Virus record (IMG/VR): IMGVR_UViG_3300030673_000044
Location: 1-25,106 of that record
Length of the DNA: 25,106 nucleotides
Strand: one strand, 5' to 3'
Origin: a virus
Taxonomy: Duplodnaviria; Caudoviricetes
The translations under genes were made by a program, and so were the position numbers. Below, one piece after another: positions 1 to 6,873 of the stretch; the first letter of the stretch is position 1, and every line of letters begins with the position of its first letter. The notes under the pieces were generated by a model. It had not been told where the DNA came from. It saw only the letters and a list, made by a program, of their open reading frames with translations, and did no database searches.

Positions 1-31
1 TTGTCGCTGACCTTTTGAAAGCGCATTTAAG

Positions 32-501
32 ATGACCATTGACTTTGATACCGCGTTCACCCGCCTGCTTGGACATGAAGGTGGCTACACCAACAATCCA
101 GCCGATCCTGGTGGTGAAACGAACTGGGGCATCTGCAAGCGCAGCTACCCGCTGCTGGACATTAAGAACTTAACACGGGAACAGGCGGCGGGCATTTACT
201 ACAAAGACTTCTGGCAGCCCTTGGCCGATGCACATCCTGCCATTCGATTCCAAGTGTTTGACTTTGCGGCATTCAGACGGCCATTAGAAAACTGCAGCAG
301 GTTGTCAAAGTCGCTGACGATGGCCATTGGGGGCCAGTCAGCGCGGCGGCTCTGGCCGCCAGGGATGTCAATGACGTACTGATGCTGTTTGTCGCCATCA
401 GGATCAGATTTTGGGCATCACTGAGCACTTGGTCAACCTTTGGCAAAGGCTGGGCAATCCGAGCCGCCTCCGACCTCGAATACGCAGCACAGGATAACTA
501 A
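32..501 (+). pseudogene. Endolysin, glycoside hydrolase family 108 with C-terminal peptidoglycan-binding region; frameshifted at ~268
   Basis: HEGGYTNNPADPGGETNWGI (GH108 motif) in the frame from 32; from 268 another frame reads GIQTAIRKLQQVVKVADDGHWGPVS...WSTFGKGWAIR...AQDN, stop TAA 499-501; the usual AVNSG motif is missing at the junction. Confidence 0.85.
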
Positions 502-504
502 ACC

Positions 505-684
505 ATGAGCATCCTAGAACACCGCACGCACGAACGCCTGGCACATACCATGCAGGACCAACTGGCTGCCAAGCTGCCACAGCCGACAACCAACCGGCGC
601 CAGCATTCCCAGCCCGTGAAAGTGGAGCGCCGGGGGCTGATTGGCCGGGGCTTTGACCTGTATCTGGACGAGAAGGAGGACTGA
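505..684 (+). CDS. Small hypothetical protein (59 aa, MSILEHRTHERL...DEKED)
   Basis: ATG 505 to TGA 684 fills the gap between endolysin stop (501) and holin-like start (688) exactly; below ORF-track cutoff. Confidence 0.55.
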   Translation: MSILEHRTHERLAHTMQDQLAAKLPQPTTNRRQHSQPVKVERRGLIGRGFDLYLDEKED

Positions 685-687
685 GCC

Positions 688-1221
688 ATGGACTTCACCT
701 CGATTGTTAAAGCTGTTGCCCCCTGGATTGGGTCAGCGCTTACAGGTGGGCCTCTGGTCGGTATGGCCGTCAGCGCTGCAGCGGACGCTCTGGGCCTATC
801 AGACAAGACGGTTGAGTCTGTCAAGCAGGCTATCTCCGGCGCTACTCCCGACCAGCTGCTGGCGCTGAAGAAAGCTGATCAAGACTTCGCGTTGCAAATG
901 CAGGCACTTGGTTTCAAAAACCTGGCCGATATGGAAGCCATCGCCGCTGGTGATCGTGATAGCGCGCGCAAGATGCAGACAGCAAAGCCTAGCTTTGTGC
1001 CTGCGCTACTGACGTGCTTTGTTGTGGGGGCATTCACAGCAACTCTCATACTGCTACTGAAATATGATGTTCCTGGAACAAACCGGGATATTGTGGTGTA
1101 CATGATTGGCCAACTAAGTGGGGGGTTCACCAGCGCACTGGCTTTCTGGCTGGGCACCACACGAGAGTCAAGCCGGAAAACTGAACTGCTGGCGCAAAGC
1201 TCCCCAACAGACCAAAAGTAA
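688..1221 (+). CDS. Holin-like membrane protein (lysis cassette)
   Basis: RBS AAGGAGG upstream; N-terminal hydrophobic/glycine-rich helix, DRDSARKMQ motif, two C-terminal TM segments ending ...AFWLGT; follows endolysin. Confidence 0.7.
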   Translation: MDFTSIVKAVAPWIGSALTGGPLVGMAVSAAADALGLSDKTVESVKQAISGATPDQLLALKKADQDFALQMQALGFKNLADMEAIAAGDRDSARKMQTAKPSFVPALLTCFVVGAFTATLILLLKYDVPGTNRDIVVYMIGQLSGGFTSALAFWLGTTRESSRKTELLAQSSPTDQK

Positions 1222-1222
1222 A

Positions 1223-1483
1223 GTGAGTAAAAGCAACTGCCTGATATTCGCTTTTCGCCTATTCTTTCGGCGGAGCGCCGTCGGCTACGTCACATGCAGA
1301 AAATCAAAGTGGGGGAACTTCCCCCACTTTTTCTACGCCGAGCGGCACCATATCATCCAGTACGTTCCTGTTGCACCAAAACCCCAAGCCTTGCCTCCGC
1401 CCGTATTCGCCGGGCGGGTAAAGTGGGGTGGCGAGCTTGTTGGCCACTCTGGTTTTTTACCGCCCGAGGGCTGGATTGACTAG
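1223..1483 (+). CDS. Hypothetical phage protein (SNCLIFA...SKWGNFPHF...FAGRVKWG)
   Basis: GTG 1223 directly after holin stop; same frame as track ORF 1118..1483. Confidence 0.55.
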   Translation: MSKSNCLIFAFRLFFRRSAVGYVTCRKSKWGNFPHFFYAERHHIIQYVPVAPKPQALPPPVFAGRVKWGGELVGHSGFLPPEGWID

Positions 1484-1672
1484 GCGTCGCAAGTGGCCCT
1501 ACTGATCCTGGCAACCAGCACAGCACCAGCGTACACCGTCGCCCACCAGGTCATCGCAGCGGGGATTCAGGCAACGCCCTGTAGGTGCTGGGCCTTCAGG
1601 CTTGCGCGCACGTAGCGCTTCGTCTTGCATGTGCTCCACAACGATCTGGGCGCGGTCAATGTCGTCGCTCAT
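1457..1672 (-). pseudogene. TraR/DksA-like C4 zinc-finger small protein, probably truncated by TAG at 1499-1501
   Basis: MSDDIDRAQ...GRCLNPRC...WCCAGCQDQ; ATGA overlap with upstream gene at 1669-1672; frame stays open after the TAG (GHLRRLVNPALGR) to TAA 1457-1459. Confidence 0.6.
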
Positions 1673-2397
1673 GCTTTCCACCTGTCGTCAAGCTCTACGC
1701 GGTGCTCAAGCCCCAGCAGGAACATGCAGCAGCACATAGCGTGGGCTATGTGTGACAGCCCGCTCTCTGGGTCGGTATCCTCGCCCCGAAGGTAGGCAAA
1801 GATGTGACGCAATCCCGCCGCGATTAGCCGGGACTTTGGAAGCCCTTGGCGCCAGTTGTGCGCCGCATATTTTTCCGCCCCGAAGGTCAGAACTTTGGCC
1901 AGTTGTTCGATGGCGTAGGTATCAAGCAGGTCCATTCGGGGCTTGCCGCTGTCGTACTTAGTACCCCCTTCGGTTGGTGGTGTGGGGGTGGCGAGAACGG
2001 AGTCAAGAACGGCAGCGTTTATCCGTGCGCTTATCTCCTCCAAAGGCTCTGCTACATTTTTAGGAGCTGCCAGCCCTTTATATTCAGGGGCTAGAACACG
2101 GTAGGCAACAATGTCGCTTGATCCCCCTGTGTGCTTCCACCGCAACGAGCTGGCTGGGTGGTGGGCGGTACCAAGGCCATTACGCAGCCGGTAGTTAACC
2201 CTTGCGTTGCCTGGCACCAGGCAATCCCCGCCTTTCCACTCAACCCACGGGCCGCCTGCTACTGAATCTGTAGCTGCCAGCCCTTTATCTTCGAGGGCTA
2301 GAACGAATTTTGTTTTGTGATTCGGGCAATCGTCGTAATAATGTTCGCCATATTGCTCGCCGCAGTTACCACACTTGGCATTAAACCCAATACTCAT
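1669..2397 (-). CDS. DUF5664 / dATP-dGTP diphosphohydrolase-N-terminal-like domain protein with modular N-terminus
   Basis: C-terminal GTKYDSGKPRMDLL...VLTFGAEKYAAHNW...RH...GEDTDPESGLSHIAHA; N-terminal CxxC...H...C and a WVEWKGG..DIVAYRV module. Confidence 0.8.
   Translation of the reverse strand: MSIGFNAKCGNCGEQYGEHYYDDCPNHKTKFVLALEDKGLAATDSVAGGPWVEWKGGDCLVPGNARVNYRLRNGLGTAHHPASSLRWKHTGGSSDIVAYRVLAPEYKGLAAPKNVAEPLEEISARINAAVLDSVLATPTPPTEGGTKYDSGKPRMDLLDTYAIEQLAKVLTFGAEKYAAHNWRQGLPKSRLIAAGLRHIFAYLRGEDTDPESGLSHIAHAMCCCMFLLGLEHRVELDDRWKA
2051..2092 (-). repeat. 42-bp double-hairpin repeat, copy C (32/42 identical to copies A/B), in frame (APEYKGLAAPKNVA)
   Basis: Minus strand AGCCCCTGAATATAAAGGGCTGGCAGCTCCTAAAAATGTAGC. 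Confidence 0.85.
2258..2299 (-). repeat. 42-bp double-hairpin repeat, copy A, in frame (ALEDKGLAATDSVA)
   Basis: Minus strand AGCCCTCGAAGATAAAGGGCTGGCAGCTACAGATTCAGTAGC, identical to + strand 15945-15986. Confidence 0.95.
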
Positions 2398-3809
2398 GAT
2401 ATGTTTCCTTTCATATACGTCATCAAGGCGTCTTGCACACTTCGCTTGCCGTCGCGCCGGGCGAGGACCACCTGGTCCACAGTGCCCCGCGCGACGATGT
2501 AATGGACAAAGACATTCCGGTCTTTGCCCGCCTGCATCTGGCGCATCGGTCCAATGCGCTCGATGATCTGGTCGTGGAGGTCAATCCTCCATGTTTGGCC
2601 GAAGAACACAATCGTGTTGCAGTATTCCTGTAGCCCATCAATTCCTTCACCAATACTGGCCGGGTGGCCGAACCACACTTTACCCTTGCCTGCCTTGGCC
2701 TTGGCCAAACCGTCTGGTGTAGCTAGGTCCAGCGCGCCGGGCCACTCACACACGATGCGGTCACGGTCAGACTTGAACTCGTAGGCTACCAGCAGGGGGT
2801 CGTCACCTGTGGAGTCGATCAGTTCCTGCAAGGCGTCCAACTTCTCACGGTGCACCTCAACCCAAGTACCTTTGCCGTACTTGTCCGCATCCAAGTACGC
2901 CGCGCCGTTGGCAAACTGTAGGCACTTGTTGCTCAAGGCGGCGGCGTTGAACACCTCAACCTCTTGGCCACCAATCATGGTGAACAGCTCGCGCTCCAGC
3001 TCACGGTACTTGGTGCGTGCGGCCTTGGGCAGATCGACCTCGATCACATTGACGATTGGCTCCTTCAGGTCGAACCAGTCACGGGGGTCCAGTGTGAGGC
3101 ACAGGTCCGCAAGACGTGCATGAATCTCTTCGTGCGCGTTGGGTAGGATCACCGGCACAATGCCGGGCTTGTGGCTGATCGCGTCGATCACGCGCTTGTA
3201 AGCGAACCACCGGTTCTCGAACGCAGAGTAAGTGCGCCCCAGGCGCTGGCCCTCGTCCAAGAACCAAGCTTGTCCCCACAGATCCTTGAGCCCGTTGCTG
3301 GCCGGGGTGCCGGTCAGTTGAATGAATCGCTTCACCTTCTTGTGCGCCACCTCGCCCAGGGCCTGTGAGCGCTGGGTGCCTTGCTTGAGCCTGAAGCCCT
3401 TGAGGCGCACTGCTTCGTCGGCCACCACCGTGGAAAAAGGCCACTTGGCGCCCAGTGTTTCAACCAACCAAGGCAGCTGCTCGTAGTTGGTCACGTAGAC
3501 AGGTGCCGACTTGCGCAGGGCGGCCTTGCGCGCGTCTACGTTACCCACCACCGGCACCACGTCAAGCCCGCGCAGGTGCTGCCACCGGCCAGCCTCCGTG
3601 GCCCAGGTGTCGCGCGCAACGCGCAGAGGCGCCAGCACCAGCGTAGGCTTGTCTTCGCCCCAGACGTTGTGTAGGATATCTAGGTGGGTGAGGGTGAGCA
3701 AGGTCTTACCAACGCCGGGTTTTCCCCAGAACGCACAACGCGGAACATCCGCGTAGTGACCCATAACCATCTGGGCGAAAGGGCGGGGGTTGTATATGCG
3801 CAGGGTCAA
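2394..3809 (-). CDS. SNF2-family (SF2) DEAD-like helicase
   Basis: GKPGVGKT Walker A, VVADEA Walker B, LTGTPASNG motif III, GEGIDGLQ, QIIERIG; likely start TTG 3809 (GGGGGAG RBS, overlaps upstream TGA) rather than 4037. Confidence 0.9.
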   Translation of the reverse strand: MTLRIYNPRPFAQMVMGHYADVPRCAFWGKPGVGKTLLTLTHLDILHNVWGEDKPTLVLAPLRVARDTWATEAGRWQHLRGLDVVPVVGNVDARKAALRKSAPVYVTNYEQLPWLVETLGAKWPFSTVVADEAVRLKGFRLKQGTQRSQALGEVAHKKVKRFIQLTGTPASNGLKDLWGQAWFLDEGQRLGRTYSAFENRWFAYKRVIDAISHKPGIVPVILPNAHEEIHARLADLCLTLDPRDWFDLKEPIVNVIEVDLPKAARTKYRELERELFTMIGGQEVEVFNAAALSNKCLQFANGAAYLDADKYGKGTWVEVHREKLDALQELIDSTGDDPLLVAYEFKSDRDRIVCEWPGALDLATPDGLAKAKAGKGKVWFGHPASIGEGIDGLQEYCNTIVFFGQTWRIDLHDQIIERIGPMRQMQAGKDRNVFVHYIVARGTVDQVVLARRDGKRSVQDALMTYMKGNIS

Positions 3810-3997
3810 GACTCCCCCTTCACAAGTGTCAATAAATCCTGCGCCACCTCGGCGGCGGGCAGTTGGATCTGTTTGGCCAGGCACTCCACGACCATGCTCA
3901 GGCATTCCATCATGAACGTCATGTCGGCTGGCAAGTCTATGCGCCCCCGGATGCAGTCGGCTACCTGGTTCAGATCGACGTGGACACCAGTGTTCAT
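3806..3997 (-). CDS. Hypothetical protein (63 aa)
   Basis: ATG 3997 in ATGA overlap with upstream ORF; stop overlaps helicase start. Confidence 0.6.
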   Translation of the reverse strand: MNTGVHVDLNQVADCIRGRIDLPADMTFMMECLSMVVECLAKQIQLPAAEVAQDLLTLVKGES

Positions 3998-4128
3998 AGC
4001 GGCGCTTCCGGGCATTCGCGCCGCTGGCGCGCAGCAATCTGGCGCTCCAGCTTTTTCATTTGCTCGGGCATCAGGCGGGTGAACGGCCATGTTGGCCACT
4101 CGGGTGGGGGTTTTGGTTGGGAGGTCAT
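3994..4128 (-). CDS. Small hypothetical protein (44 aa, MTSQPKPPPEWPTWPFTRL...CPEAPL)
   Basis: GGAGG RBS, ATG 4128, TGA 3994-3996 coupled to next ATG; below ORF-track cutoff. Confidence 0.6.
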   Translation of the reverse strand: MTSQPKPPPEWPTWPFTRLMPEQMKKLERQIAARQRRECPEAPL

Positions 4129-4130
4129 TG

Positions 4131-4634
4131 CTACCCTCCGATGTTGTGGGCTGCTTCTATAGCACGGGCCATTTGGTAGTCTGATGGGCTGAGGGACGGG
4201 AGGGTGTACTTACCTTGATCATATTTCTTAAACCCAAGCCGCGACAACTTACGTTCACGCACTGCTTTTGTAACGATCTCTTGAATCTGCTCATCCGTCA
4301 GCGGCTTGGCTGGTGCTTATGGTGTTTCCTTAAGGTGCTTTATCCAGTCGGCTTCATAGTGCTCATCTTTCCCGTTTATACAAATGACCAAGTCGGTATA
4401 GTGGGCGTGTTTGCAGCGTTCGATAAGCCTCCTGATAGAGTTGACTTGTAGCGAGTTGAGGTCTTCTCCGGTCACAAGCCACGCCACAGACTCCAGCTCC
4501 GGCTGGTCAATGGTCGCTTGCATGGATGCGAGGGCTGCATTCACAATTTCAGTTTGCCGTTTGTTCCAGCGTGCAACTGGCAGGCTGAGTGCATCTTTCC
4601 GCTGGGTCAGAAGTTCTTTTGGTACTGCGGTCAT
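4131..4634 (-). pseudogene. Modular phage early protein with in-frame TAA at 4317-4319
   Basis: After ...LKETP* the same frame continues APAKPLTDEQIQE...YQMARAIEAAHNIGG to TAG 4131-4133, a common phage C-terminal module. Confidence 0.7.
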
Positions 4635-4840
4635 ACTGGTTCCTGTTCTGCAAGCCATCTTGCATTTTCTTCTTCAATCAGCTGGGCAAGCGACTTCTTT
4701 GACCTTGGCTCGGGATAAGCTCTACCTGCGGCTTCCATCAAAGCAAATACGTCACCTCTCATAACGTCACTCGCGGCGTAGGCTTTCGGATACCCCGTCT
4801 GGGCAAATGTCATCAGTCTTGAAATGAATGCGGGTGTCAT
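4631..4840 (-). CDS. Hypothetical protein
   Basis: ATGA-coupled at both ends. Confidence 0.6.
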   Translation of the reverse strand: MTPAFISRLMTFAQTGYPKAYAASDVMRGDVFALMEAAGRAYPEPRSKKSLAQLIEEENARWLAEQEPV

Positions 4841-5232
4841 GATTCACTTCCTTGGTGCTGCCACCCTTCTGGCACGGGTGCTGCGCCTGCTGCGGCGTAG
4901 AGCTTGCGTGCTTTTGCTCCTTCTTTCCATTGGCGGTCGTTATCGCTGCCTTTTGCGCCAAAGTTTGTCGTGCCGTTGTACCCAGCTTGCCATGCTGATC
5001 CCGGTGAGCCTTCTGGGTAAGGGTTGATAGGTTCCTTCCCCTTCAGCACCGTGAGCTTGGCTTGAAGTTCGTCTCGCTGGCCACGCATGACTATATAAGC
5101 GTCTTTGTCGATCAGCTTACACTTGGCTAGGGCATCACGCTCCTGCTCAGCTTTCGCAAGGGCTGCGCGGAGGTTTTTACACTCATCGCATAAGTCTGAG
5201 ATAACACAACGAAGTTGTTCTGTTGTACTCAT
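4837..5232 (-). CDS. Hypothetical coiled-coil phage early protein
   Basis: Coiled-coil ALAKAEQERDAL, NPYP...W..GY motif, LYAAAGAAPVPEGW; ATGA-coupled. Confidence 0.65.
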   Translation of the reverse strand: MSTTEQLRCVISDLCDECKNLRAALAKAEQERDALAKCKLIDKDAYIVMRGQRDELQAKLTVLKGKEPINPYPEGSPGSAWQAGYNGTTNFGAKGSDNDRQWKEGAKARKLYAAAGAAPVPEGWQHQGSES

Positions 5233-5242
5233 GGCTGGCCTT

Positions 5243-5491
5243 TCATTGTTTGCCTTTTTTGTACGCGGATAGCAGTTTGTGGGCCTGCTTGTCGGTCAAG
5301 ACGTTCTCTTGGCGCATGCTGTACAGCGCTGAGGTAGACAGCTCGGAAACCTTTAGCGCTTTGGCCTCACTGCCCAAGCGGTTGGCAAGGGCTTCAAACA
5401 GCTTGACGAACGCCGGGACTTTGTTTGACGGCACGTAGTTGATGCGCCGCCGACCGTAGATGGGGGTGAAACCCACAGGTTGGATGCTCAT
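5243..5491 (-). CDS. Hypothetical protein, possible HTH
   Basis: Tight packing in operon; LGSEAKALKVSELSTSALYSMR is HTH-like. Confidence 0.6.
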   Translation of the reverse strand: MSIQPVGFTPIYGRRRINYVPSNKVPAFVKLFEALANRLGSEAKALKVSELSTSALYSMRQENVLTDKQAHKLLSAYKKGKQ

Positions 5492-5492
5492 T

Positions 5493-5876
5493 TCAGTACC
5501 TCGTGCTTACTGTTAGCTGGGGTGTGGCAAGCCAATCAACCAGTTGTTGAAGCTGGCTAAGCCAATCGGGTGCCATATCAGTTCGATTAGCAAGCTCTGC
5601 GGTGATAGCGGCGACGGCGTCAAGCATGTACTTTTTGGTGTAAAAAGGCCCGAATGAGTATAGATTGCCAGGAAGACGACACATAGCAGGCATCGTGTTA
5701 TTCCAGATCATACGTAGAGTGAAAAATAGATGGCGGGTTTCCATACCCGCAACAGGGTGGAACACGCCGTTACCGTCGCGCCATTTGAACGGCTCCGCAG
5801 GTAGGTTGTCGTAGCGGGGAACGACGGCGCCAGTCATGTTCCGACAAAAGGGAGTTGCGCACCGTTTAGTAGTCAT
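5493..5876 (-). CDS. Hypothetical phage protein
   Basis: ATGA overlap with VRR-NUC gene; WRD..G......METRHLF..LRM motif. Confidence 0.65.
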   Translation of the reverse strand: MTTKRCATPFCRNMTGAVVPRYDNLPAEPFKWRDGNGVFHPVAGMETRHLFFTLRMIWNNTMPAMCRLPGNLYSFGPFYTKKYMLDAVAAITAELANRTDMAPDWLSQLQQLVDWLATPQLTVSTRY

Positions 5877-6196
5877 TTCAGTACCTCGTCAACTTGTTCA
5901 TAGGTACCAACAACCGCGATCCGCTGGCCCAGGGCGCGCATGCGCTCGTGCTCACGGGCTTGGGCGCGCTCGTGGGTGTTGGCTGGGAAGGTCAGGATGG
6001 TGTCGGGGTTTTTGACTTCGACCCAAGTGGTGCGGTGCTTGCGGCACTTGAAGTTTTTCGTATCAACTTCGAGCGGAGGCAGCATCACCACCCTGTCAGG
6101 AGCATTCTTGCGGCCAGGCCAAACCACTTTGTTGCAGGCGCCGCCCAGTTCCTTCACGCGCTTTACGAGGTAGCGCTCAATGTCGCGTTCTTTCAT
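5873..6196 (-). CDS. VRR-NUC domain nuclease
   Basis: MKERDIERYLVKRVKELGG..K...PG...PDR...WVEVK...Q.REH..M...G; start ATG 6196. Confidence 0.88.
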   Translation of the reverse strand: MKERDIERYLVKRVKELGGACNKVVWPGRKNAPDRVVMLPPLEVDTKNFKCRKHRTTWVEVKNPDTILTFPANTHERAQAREHERMRALGQRIAVVGTYEQVDEVLK

Positions 6197-6333
6197 AGCT
6201 GCCCCCTCACGACCACCAGCAGGCACATGGTACAGTTAAACGCCGCCAAGAGGGCCGCGTACTTAATGGGCACCAGCTTCGCCAGGTAGATGTTGGTGAC
6301 AACGGAAAAATAGAGTGTAGTGTTATCGCTCAT
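6193..6333 (-). CDS. Small hydrophobic (membrane) protein, 46 aa
   Basis: ATGA-coupled on both sides; hydrophobic. Confidence 0.5.
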   Translation of the reverse strand: MSDNTTLYFSVVTNIYLAKLVPIKYAALLAAFNCTMCLLVVVRGQL

Positions 6334-6512
6334 GATTGCACCACGACAAAATACGCCGCAACGATAGCCAGGACGATGATGGCAAACCACCAGCCGCGCG
6401 GCTCGCTGGTGCGTTTGCGCTCGATGCTGGAGGCGTACTCGGCCATAGACTGGTCAAGGCGTGGGGTGCGTGTGTAGCGCACGGGTTGGTCGGTGAATGT
6501 TGGCTTTGACAT
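6330..6512 (-). CDS. Small protein with C-terminal TM helix
   Basis: GGAG RBS; RTPRL..S...YASSIER motif then WWFAIIVLAIVAAYFVVV. Confidence 0.65.
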   Translation of the reverse strand: MSKPTFTDQPVRYTRTPRLDQSMAEYASSIERKRTSEPRGWWFAIIVLAIVAAYFVVVQS

Positions 6513-6526
6513 GTTGCTCTCCGGTT

Positions 6527-6568
6527 GTTACAGAAGTTATAGCTTTCGGTCCTTACTGCGCATGGGCT
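6527..6568 (-). repeat. Degenerate intergenic copy D of the 42-bp repeat (26/42 by manual alignment)
   Basis: Minus strand (CT)AGCCCATGCGCAGTAAGGACCGAAAGCTATAACTTCTGTAAC, same length and register as copies A-C. Confidence 0.55.
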
Positions 6569-6662
6569 AGAGGATGGTTTTAGCTGCGGGCGTTGATGAA
6601 TTGACGTGCGGCGTTGTAGCTGCGTACGATCTTGGGCTCTCCTGTTGGTTGTTGATGGGAGA

Positions 6663-6704
6663 ATTGTAGCACATGCTAATACTTCGCAACTAGGGAAAAC
6701 CCTA
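6663..6704 (-). promoter_or_regulatory. Leftward extended -10 promoter (TGcTACAAT) overlapped by operator 6665-6680; TAGGG-AAAA-CCCTA palindrome 6691-6704
   Basis: TGTAGCACATGCTAAT matches the operator at 13093; downstream AGGAG RBS. Confidence 0.7.
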
Positions 6705-6872
6705 ATCTTTGCCGGGGTGGCTCTTCGGAGGCACCCGGTAGCCCGCCGGGTTGTAGAACCCAGGGGTAGTAGGGGCGTGCAGTGTATGCTTGCGCGACGG
6801 GCAGTCAATGTGGCTGCATCCATCCTTTGGGGGCTTGTTGCACAGGGGGCAAGGTTCCGGTTTCTTTTTCAT
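6702..6872 (-). CDS. Small Cys-rich (possible Zn-binding) protein, 56 aa
   Basis: ATG 6872 after polymerase stop, AAGGA RBS; CPLC...CSHIDC. Confidence 0.55.
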   Translation of the reverse strand: MKKKPEPCPLCNKPPKDGCSHIDCPSRKHTLHAPTTPGFYNPAGYRVPPKSHPGKD

Positions 6873-6873
6873 G

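Noticed and set aside
1669-2397. Z-genome (2-aminoadenine) or other base-modification pathway suggested by the dATP/dGTP diphosphohydrolase-N-like domain
   Set aside because: No PurZ, DatZ or MazZ-like gene in the window; this domain is widespread in ordinary phages
3810-4037. N-terminal extension of the SNF2 helicase given by the ORF track
   Set aside because: Overlaps two better-coupled small ORFs; TTG 3809 has an RBS and stop-start overlap
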